Source: Andalucia godoyi And28
Taxonomy: Eukaryota; Protista; Jakobida
Reading direction: 5' to 3'
Length of the DNA: 64,000 nt
Assembly: GCA_009859145.1 (NCBI GenBank)
Contig: VRVR01000016.1
Span: forward strand, 112,594-176,593
In this document: positions 9,195-17,044 of the stretch, in pieces
Numbering within the stretch: position 1 is the stretch's first letter
Layout: every line of letters starts with the position of its first letter
The notes under the pieces: generated by a model
Seen by the model: the letters and a program-made list of their open reading frames with translations, nothing else
What the model was told of the DNA's origin: nothing
The model's database searches: none
Program-made: the position numbers and the translations under genes

Positions 9195-11702
9195 CTAGTC
9201 TGCAACAGATGCGCCCGCAAAGGATGACGATGGGAGGGATTTTCGTGCACGATCGATGCAGGCCGCAATCGTCTCGTTCAGCAGCGCGAGCCACTCGGTC
9301 GTCTCCTCTTGCGTGGCGAGCTTGATCTTTATGCCGTGCTTGGCAGACGAGACCTGCAAGAACCCACTGTCCGTACTGGATGCGGCACACGAAATAAGCG
9401 GTAGAAACAGCTTCTTGTTGGCAGAAACATCCACATGCAGCAAAACATCAGTCATCAGAACAATTTGAATGGAGTCCGAGGAGCTGTTCGTGCAGCTTGC
9501 TTCACGGATAAGTCCGCGATGAGGCTGAACAAGGTCCTTTAGTTTCAACTCCGTTTGCAATTGCACGAGACGCAACCGGCCCTCGGCCTCGCGCTTCTTT
9601 TCATTGCAGTATGCCGCAACCTGGTGAATGGAATCCTTTGCCTTCAACAAATCCTTGTAATCGACATACGATTCGTCCGAGTGCTTGACCAGCTCTTTGA
9701 TCAAGAGCTCATACCGCGGGATTCGTTGAATCGGGGTGATCAGCAGGGACTCGAGCGTGTTGTTCCTGCAGGAAGGGTGTTTTTCAGCCTGGGCAATAAA
9801 CCTGAAGAACCGAGAGTTCTTCTTTTTCAGCCTGGAAATGGCATCCATCTGGGCCATGTATCCGTTGATGTAAGCAGTGTACAACTTGAGCGACGGAATG
9901 CGAGCATTGATGGCACGAACGATCGAGTTGTCTCCTCGTCCCTTAATGAGATCATCCAGAAACTCCTTGTTAATCCGGAGCAAGATTTCGATTTGTCCAA
10001 AAATGCTGGATACCTGATCTTGCGTAAGAATATCTGTGCCACGCAACGGTTCAAGAAACTGGGTCTTGATTGCGTCCAAAATCGACACGTAATTCTTCTC
10101 CGTCGAGATTAGCTCGTCAAAAACATGAGGAAGCGTTGGAAAATTGAGAAACGGGTTCGCAGGAACCGGCGCCTGTTCTCCCTCTTGCTGAGAATTCGCA
10201 ACTTCATCTTGCAAGACCGAGTCGAAAGTCGTCTGATTCTCGACTGCAGGGGTTTTCGATTTTTCTGGGACAAATGGAGAGGTCGCAGCAGGATGCGGTG
10301 GCGGTGGCGGTGGCGGTGGCGGTGGTCCAATCGATGCTCCTGAGCCTCTACTGTCATCCGATTGATCAACAGATGTCGCCGACGGGCTTTCGACGCTTGC
10401 AGAACAAGATGACGACGAAGATGACGGCAACGCAGCATCGTGGGGCGGCGCGAATCTCGAATTTTGATAACCTTGGTGCAAATGGAAGGGGCTCAGGGAC
10501 GACGAATTGCGGTAGCTCGAAATCGTGGAGGAACGCATGCGTTCACGAGGTGCAGTGGAGTGACGATTGGGCTCTTGATGGCGGTCGATCTCTTGAGACG
10601 GAGAGGAAGCACGGGCTGGAGCTTGCGGGGTGCTGTCGTGCTGTCTGACCTGCACATCCGCAACTGCCGCGCGCTCTTGGAGTTCTCGTGCACTTCGTAG
10701 CAACTTCAATTCCGAAGAAATCGAAATGAGCGCCGATCGCAATTCCTTGTTTTCCGATTCCAAGTCCCCAAGACGGCTGGCCATCCTTTCCATCTCCGCT
10801 TTATGCGCGTCGACGAGCGTATCCCGGACAATTGTACTCGGAGGGGACGGTGTTCTTGCAGAGCGCGGATGTCTGCTCGAATACTCCGATGCCGGTCCCA
10901 CAGACTGCATGTTGTCATTGGCTTGCTGCACAGACGATGCTGACCGGCCCGAGTATATTCTTGATGTGGTGTCCGCACTTGTACTTTTCCCAAAATAGGC
11001 TTGCTCCTGTCGCCCGACGGAAGAGGGCGACTGGGAGTGGAGTGCTCTGTCAGGAGGCGATACTTCTCCTTCCTTGGAGGCATTGGAGAGTCCGTAGGAA
11101 TCGGGCGTCCACTCAACGTGCTGCACGGGAGAGAACATGCCGAATTCGGAATCCCTTCTCTGCTGCGCAATAGCCACAGGAACTCGATGTCGGAGAACAT
11201 CTACTACAATGTCTCGAAGATGAGAATCAACTGCCTTTCTATGCGACGCCATGGTGTCCAATTGACTGTACATTTTCCAAATACCAACCGCAGATTGCTG
11301 GACATGCGGAACATCTCTCCCTTCGATTCCCCCGCTCAACGCCAGCTTTTTCACTTGCATTTCTGCATTTCTTGACTGCTCTAGAAAATGTTCATATCGA
11401 TGCAGTGAAGAGACAAACCCTGCTTCCCTCCGAGTCCGTTGAGACGGCTGTTTTGACTGTGCATCCTGTTCCAATCTCCTCGCAGCCATGCTCTTGATTC
11501 TAAAACGTTCTCTCTGTGCACAGTAATTGATCCAACACGAGTCGTAGTGTCGAGAAACCGCAACAAGATTCTCGGGATCCTGCAAAAACCGCAGACACAA
11601 ACGAAGAAACTCGTCCACATGAAACCGATATTGATCACTTTGCACATTATAGCGATGAAGCTGCTCGATGAACCGAAATTCAACATCCTTCCGTGCATCC
11701 AT
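9195..11702 (-). CDS. RhoGEF (DH-PH) with a long disordered, Pro-rich central region
   Basis: DH motifs ELISTEKNYVSIL and LESLLITPIQRIPRYELLIKEL, followed by a PH-like region. PolyPro tract. Confidence 0.92.
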   Translation of the reverse strand: MDARKDVEFRFIEQLHRYNVQSDQYRFHVDEFLRLCLRFLQDPENLVAVSRHYDSCWINYCAQRERFRIKSMAARRLEQDAQSKQPSQRTRREAGFVSSLHRYEHFLEQSRNAEMQVKKLALSGGIEGRDVPHVQQSAVGIWKMYSQLDTMASHRKAVDSHLRDIVVDVLRHRVPVAIAQQRRDSEFGMFSPVQHVEWTPDSYGLSNASKEGEVSPPDRALHSQSPSSVGRQEQAYFGKSTSADTTSRIYSGRSASSVQQANDNMQSVGPASEYSSRHPRSARTPSPPSTIVRDTLVDAHKAEMERMASRLGDLESENKELRSALISISSELKLLRSARELQERAAVADVQVRQHDSTPQAPARASSPSQEIDRHQEPNRHSTAPRERMRSSTISSYRNSSSLSPFHLHQGYQNSRFAPPHDAALPSSSSSSCSASVESPSATSVDQSDDSRGSGASIGPPPPPPPPPPHPAATSPFVPEKSKTPAVENQTTFDSVLQDEVANSQQEGEQAPVPANPFLNFPTLPHVFDELISTEKNYVSILDAIKTQFLEPLRGTDILTQDQVSSIFGQIEILLRINKEFLDDLIKGRGDNSIVRAINARIPSLKLYTAYINGYMAQMDAISRLKKKNSRFFRFIAQAEKHPSCRNNTLESLLITPIQRIPRYELLIKELVKHSDESYVDYKDLLKAKDSIHQVAAYCNEKKREAEGRLRLVQLQTELKLKDLVQPHRGLIREASCTNSSSDSIQIVLMTDVLLHVDVSANKKLFLPLISCAASSTDSGFLQVSSAKHGIKIKLATQEETTEWLALLNETIAACIDRARKSLPSSSFAGASVAD

Positions 11703-11872
11703 TTGCGTTTCTGGTCCACCGTTTTGTATTATTTTTTTTTTTTAAATTAAAAAATAAAAAATAAAAAACCAAAGAAACTGCGTGGACCAATCTACTCGCT
11801 CGTCTTGTCACCCCAAATTTCCAATCACGCAGCAGCACATCGATGAATGATGCAATAATCGAGCAAATGTAT

Positions 11873-11873
11873 G

Positions 11874-11906
<33 letters not shown>

Positions 11907-11912
11907 ATGTAT
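11873..11912. repeat. (TA)n(TG)n microsatellite
   Basis: Read directly from the sequence. Confidence 0.85.
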
Positions 11913-11941
11913 ATAAATCATCCTACACATTGTGGACAAAC

Positions 11942-12496
11942 CGTTGAATAATAGCACGTCATTGTCGTGCATATGGAAGCACACATAAACAGACACGGTC
12001 AATACTGGCCGACACCAGCACGTTTTATTTCACAGGCATTCGTGCTTACGCACGCTCGGCCAAAATTCAGCTTGCGACACAGGCCCTGCATTTTCGACAC
12101 TCTTTAACGCAGCATCCGTAGCCATCTATTCTATCATTCGTTGGGTCCACTTTTTAATTCAAATAGGGGCGTGAGTGCGCTGGGATGACGCATTCGCCTA
12201 CGCCTACGCCGCTCGATACAGGGCCTCCTAGGTCCCGCAGACCTCCTAAGAGACCGCGTGTCACTACGCCTGCTGCTAGGGCCGTCAGAATCAAAATGCA
12301 CCCTTCTCAGGAACAACGCGTCACGCTGAGAAAGTGGCTCACCGATTGATCGAGATTGGGAACGGAGCGCGGATCATTTATCTGAAGAATGCCGTGAGGC
12401 GTATTGGGGGGCCGATCCCCTTCCCGGCAACGGGATGCAAGGATTGAATATGCACGTCTGTTCGTAGATATGCATGTTCAGTGTATAACGTAGGCG
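11942..12496 (+). mobile_element. Non-autonomous, internally deleted IS607/Fanzor(TnpB)-derived element, copy 1
   Basis: Homologous to 47462-48013 in inverted orientation over the full length. 12185-12340 translates to ...PPKRPRV..AARAVRIKMHPSQEQRVTLRKWL (TnpB N-terminal HTH-like). This is joined at ~12341-12344 to IDRDW (12345-12359), then +1 frameshift, then NGARIIYLK (RuvC-III-like). CG occurs at both boundaries. Confidence 0.85.
12345..12496 (+). ncRNA. Putative omegaRNA scaffold (Fanzor/TnpB guide RNA); guide would continue into the flank beyond 12496
   Basis: CCCG-GCAA-CGGG GNRA hairpin and a 16-bp UUCG hairpin (12445-12480) directly after the remnant stop codon, followed by the conserved end TCAGTGTAYAAYGTAGGCG. 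The 5' limit is unknown. Confidence 0.55.
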
Positions 12497-12849
12497 TGCT
12501 TTACAGTAAAACAAATTTTTTTTGGAAGCTGTAGCTCCAAGCATCAATTCGCAACGGCTAATCGAAAACATTCGAACACGGATTCTCTCGACGATCAAAA
12601 ATAATAAGAAAAAAACCATAAAGGCGTTTTTTCCGTTTCATTAATATATTTTATTTTTCTTATATCTCTCTGTTTTTGCACAAAAAAGAGCCTTTTTCAT
12701 TTTTCACTTGTTTTTCTTTTCTTTTTTAATTTTATCATTGTATTATTTTGTTGAATCGGAATTTTGTTCTGGTTATTTCTTGTTATTTATTCTAGGAGTG
12801 CTGCTGCTGCCGCCTGGCTTCTTCTGGTCTCGTCGCGGTGTAGGAGGGA

Positions 12850-14490
12850 ATGCTTCGAGGAGGAAAGATCGACGAGGAAGCACTTTTGGAGTCGGAAATT
12901 GCAGATTTGGATCTTCGAGCATCCAAGCACAGAACACCAACATCTCCACCGTATTCATACCAAGACTTTTCAAAGCTTTCGGAGGATGATCGTCGCAGAC
13001 TCATGATTTGCATGTTCAAAATGCCTCGACAATCGGTTCGAGAGCTATTCCGCGATTCGAAAACTGGCGTGATCTTTGTTCGATGCCATATTGATCAGCA
13101 AGTCGAAGAAGAACGGGTGCGAGAAGTCCTCAGAGAACGGGATGCATACATGGTGGAGGCACTTCGAAGAGAAAAACTGCATGATGCTCATTATCGAGGA
13201 CGGGCTTCGTTCTTGGATACAGAACCGATGTTTAGTTCTCCGGTTTCGCAGCGCTCCACTTCCGCAAGACCTGCTTCTGCCAAGGCCTCGTATTCTTCAG
13301 TGCCAGCTGCTTCTGCGCGTAAGACCAAAGGATTCTCGGATGTCAAGCCCATTACGTGGACGCGACGCCTGATTAGTCGCATTTTCGACGCAAAGTTCCA
13401 TGCATTGGATACTGAATTGTCTCAAGGAAAGGAGCAGCCGGCGAGCACGGATTTTTCAGCTTTTGTCTTTGATTGGCTTGCGAAGACCTTTGGACTTGAG
13501 GAAATCGTCAAACAGACATCCATTGAACTGGTGGCGAGCACACAGGCATATGCACGATACGATAAGCTCATGCTTTTGTTTCAGGAGTTCTTGAATGGAA
13601 ATTTGGGCGCACTTGTTCTTGTGTTCTTTTTAATGGCAAGGTCCAAGGTGTACTCAGAAAGGGAAGTGAAGCTTGTGGAGCAGCGTCATGGCCACCTGCT
13701 CATTCCAGGAAATGCGGTCCAACGGCTGCTGCACTCCATTCTCAGAGAATTCCCCATCGAGCTCTACGAGAACTCGTTGCAAGAACTTGGACAACAGCAT
13801 CTGAATCGAAAAACTAGCAAATTCATAGATATTCCGATTTACGATCTATTGTATACTGTCACTGTGCAGTTTGCACAGCTGAATGCCGAATTTGAGGGTG
13901 ACCAGAAGGAAGCCCAGAACCAGAGTATTCGAGACCAGGTGTATCGCTCCCGGATGATGCACGATGAAGACCGTGTTCGCCGGGCCGCGGAACTACTGGT
14001 GAGTCCCCGCCGAGCCGCGTCTTTTGGCAGTCCCTCGCAGTCTCCAGCGTTCAAGGATGATGGAGGTTCAGCTGGCTACGGTGGAGGAAGCAGGCGAAGC
14101 CCGCCCCGTGCAGGCTCCGCTGCCTTCCCGGACTCCCGCGAAGGACGCCATGCCCGACGGACGTCGAACGCAGACGATAGCATGAACATGTCGAATGATG
14201 ACGACGACGGAGAGGCAGATCCGCAGGACCGGATCATCGAGCGGTTAGCAATGGGTGACTTTCACGGATTTGAGATGCAGACGTTCGAGAATGCGCAGTC
14301 GCCTGCAAACGACACCGCAGCTTCCTTCGAAGACTCGACGGTTGAAAACCAGAACAATGTCGCGTCCAATCACGAGCTGGACAGCCCGTCGACTGGTGCT
14401 AGCGCTGATGCTCACTTGAATTCGATGCATTACAGCCACATTGGCGATGACACTGCGGAAACGGAGAGCGGTGCGGACTATGCGATGTGA
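12850..14490 (+). CDS. Hypothetical protein with a helical domain resembling the TSNAXIP1-like C-terminal family
   Basis: 546-aa ORF. The segment FSAFVFDWLAKTFGLEEIV...LFQEFLNG...FFLMARSKV is similar to a segment of 29792-32395. Family name is from memory and tentative. Confidence 0.75.
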   Translation: MLRGGKIDEEALLESEIADLDLRASKHRTPTSPPYSYQDFSKLSEDDRRRLMICMFKMPRQSVRELFRDSKTGVIFVRCHIDQQVEEERVREVLRERDAYMVEALRREKLHDAHYRGRASFLDTEPMFSSPVSQRSTSARPASAKASYSSVPAASARKTKGFSDVKPITWTRRLISRIFDAKFHALDTELSQGKEQPASTDFSAFVFDWLAKTFGLEEIVKQTSIELVASTQAYARYDKLMLLFQEFLNGNLGALVLVFFLMARSKVYSEREVKLVEQRHGHLLIPGNAVQRLLHSILREFPIELYENSLQELGQQHLNRKTSKFIDIPIYDLLYTVTVQFAQLNAEFEGDQKEAQNQSIRDQVYRSRMMHDEDRVRRAAELLVSPRRAASFGSPSQSPAFKDDGGSAGYGGGSRRSPPRAGSAAFPDSREGRHARRTSNADDSMNMSNDDDDGEADPQDRIIERLAMGDFHGFEMQTFENAQSPANDTAASFEDSTVENQNNVASNHELDSPSTGASADAHLNSMHYSHIGDDTAETESGADYAM

Positions 14491-14587
14491 TCAGCAAAAT
14501 TCGTCGGACGACGGAAACACCAAAGAAGCAGTTTATTTAAAATACCTGAAACCAAAAAAAAAAAAAAAAAGTATTTGTCTTATTCAT

Positions 14588-15751
14588 TTAGTGTACCTCC
14601 CCAATCTTGGATCCCAGTCCTTTTGCGAGCTCTTGCATGGAGACTTGTGCCGTTCCTCTTCTCTTTGCGTGCGGCTGCGACGCATCAAATTTCCATCCAA
14701 TCAGGTACATGACTTGGAATGTTGCCAGCACTTCTTCACCCTCTGCAGCCTCGGGATTTCCGAACATGCTTTGGTAAATCGCAGCAGCGCTCATGAGCGT
14801 GTCTCTGCTTATGAATCCGCGGCGATGTTTGATCGAATTACTCTCTTCCATGAACCAGAGATGCTGCATCAGCGTAAACGCATCGGGATACGGCACCGTG
14901 ATCGTATCCACATCCACTCCGGGCAGCGAAAACGCGGCTCTTGAAAGAAGATTTCCAGCATCCCGAAATCCTGCCATCGGCGATATGTACGCAGCCAACC
15001 CGGACTCTCGTTCTTGTTGTGCCAACGTCAGACTGATCCTCAACTCTTTCAGCGTGTCACCACCCAGCATCGCACCAAGAAACAGCCCGTCAGGCTTCAG
15101 CGACCGTTCAATCTGAATCAGCGAACCTGGAATGTCATTCACCCAGTGCAAACACAGCGGTGACAGAACCGCATCAAACGTGTTTTCCTCAAATGGAAGC
15201 GATTCTTCGTCCACAACGAGCGTGGAATGCTTGAAGCTGGCGGGAAGCAACTGCTCGTCTTGCATGACCCTCACTGCCCGATCCAGCGCAGCTTGACTCA
15301 TATCTGTGCTAACCACTTCTGCGACGGAGGACCGAGAGCCGGCAAGAGCCGGAGCGACCAGATCTGCAGGACCCCCGAGGTTCAGAACCTTTGGAAACGC
15401 CCGACTGATGTCCTCCAGTCGATCGACTAGTCGAGACACAATCTCCTTCTTTAAGTATCTGTAATCATCCACATTCTGCACCTTGTTAACCGCTTCTTTT
15501 TGTGTCCGTTTCAAATCTCGGTTAAAAACTTCTCTGGAAATGGGGGGGAAAATTCAAAAATTCAAAAATACAACAGGAATTGCAAATGATGAAGTCAGTG
15601 TTAAACAAGGCAACGCGGCGGAATCCATAAAACACAACCACACACAGAAAAGAAGGAGGAAGACGTCATACATTGTGCTGCCAGCTTGAGAAGCTGAAAA
15701 TCGGCGTGTAACAATGCACCTTGTGCCCTGCCTTACAGCATTTTGCAACAT
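14588..15751 (-). CDS. NDUFAF5: Mitochondrial complex I assembly factor NDUFAF5 (SAM-dependent arginine hydroxylase), 2 exons
   Basis: Exon 1 is 15672-15751 (presequence-like MLQNAVRQGTRC...). The intron 15534-15671 (GTATGA..CAG) restores EVFNRDLKRTQK. Motifs RLVDRLEDI, LHWVND and GDTLKELR. Confidence 0.92.
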
Positions 15752-15989
15752 GACTTTGTGACGATCGGTGGTACACAAAATACCCAACGCAACAGCAAAC
15801 AAGTGCTTAAATGGGTCCTAAAAGTGAGCAAACATTATGTAATTTATACGGGAATGTTGAAGTTGACGCAGCCGTTAAGTCTCAATTCTTTCGCGCCAAT
15901 CGGCGATCCCGTTTTTTTGCTTTTTGTTTTTTGTTTTATTTGCTCGTTTGTGTGTTGTGTTTGTATTCTTTTGCTTCTGATTTTCTGGA

Positions 15990-16109
<120 letters not shown>

Positions 16110-16123
16110 AGGGAGCATAGGCG

Positions 16124-16879
16124 ATGCAGATACGCGGTGAGCGATTTGTTGGACCAGAGTCCAAGCGCAGGTATGAAGCTGCATTACTGCTGCAGTCTGT
16201 GTTCAAACGACATTTGTGCCAGCGTTCCCTTCGAGACGCAAAAGAAGAATTTCAGCGGCTTGTTGCGGACATTGATGGAGAAGACTGGGTGCTTTCGAAA
16301 GATCAAGGCAATGTCGTTCCAAAGAGATTTCCCGTGCCCTTTCATGCTCCTCTGGTCGTGCAGAGACAGACTCTGACAGAAGACCCGGTTCCGCAAAGCC
16401 AGCAGCCGGTGCTGGTCTACGAAGAGGATGCCTCCAATATCGTCTCGGTGTCACCTGTCCAGGAAGAGGGCGGGCATGCGGATGTATCGATGGCTGTGCA
16501 GACGGAAGCAGAAAAGGCGTCACATCAAACCCAAACTGGTGACGATTCAGAATCGTCTCTGGGATCTGACTTTTGGAAAAGAAGATGTGAGGTTCTGGAG
16601 TTTGTCCAAGATTCTGCAGATCATTCTGCGGACATGCAGTTTGATCTGGACAGTGACTTTCTGGGTGGTCGCAATGCTTCGAAGGACATTGGCTCCGTGG
16701 AGTCTCTCGAGTCCGAGCGGACTCTCAAAGCGCTTTTGAATGCTCCCGTGGACGCGACAGAACTGTCGGCATCAGAGATGAAGAAACTCGAGTTGGAAAT
16801 GGAATTGCTAATTGCAAAAGAAGCGTTGCGAGTTCGCCAGGAGTTCCTGAGGCAGATGAAGGCGCACGGGCATCGATAG
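16124..16879 (+). CDS. IQ-motif protein, IQCC-like
   Basis: N-terminal IQ-like motif [13 protein letters not shown] followed by [12 protein letters not shown]. The C-terminal helix [19 protein letters not shown] resembles the IQCC layout. Confidence 0.7.
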
Positions 16880-17044
16880 CATTCGAGGGGAGTGAAAATC
16901 TGTTTGGTTTGTAATCTGTGTGCGCGCTTCCCCCCCCGTTTTCCATATTATTTTTTCCTTCTTTTTTATTTCTTTGTTTGAAATGACTGTGTATTTGAAT
17001 GTGTTGCATTACCTCCCTCGGTTGTTCTTTCATCCGAAAACCAT

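Noticed and set aside
12115-12125. TCCGTAGCCAT matching the start of the dinoflagellate spliced leader
   Set aside because: Only 11 nt match; the TTTTGGCTCAAG remainder and the donor GT are absent.
12134-12316. Arg-rich ORF (FLRRVHFDSDGPSSRR...RRRRRRMR) conserved in both repeat copies
   Set aside because: It is the antisense shadow of the Pro/Thr-rich Fanzor N-terminal frame, and its start and stop are not shared between copies.
12348-12375. GAGATTGGGAACGGAGCGCGG resembling SRP RNA helix 8, and GGATCATTT resembling U3 box A
   Set aside because: The symmetric-loop bases do not match and no Alu or helix 6 context is present. The U3-like motif is not conserved in copy 2. The same bases encode DRDW/NGAR.
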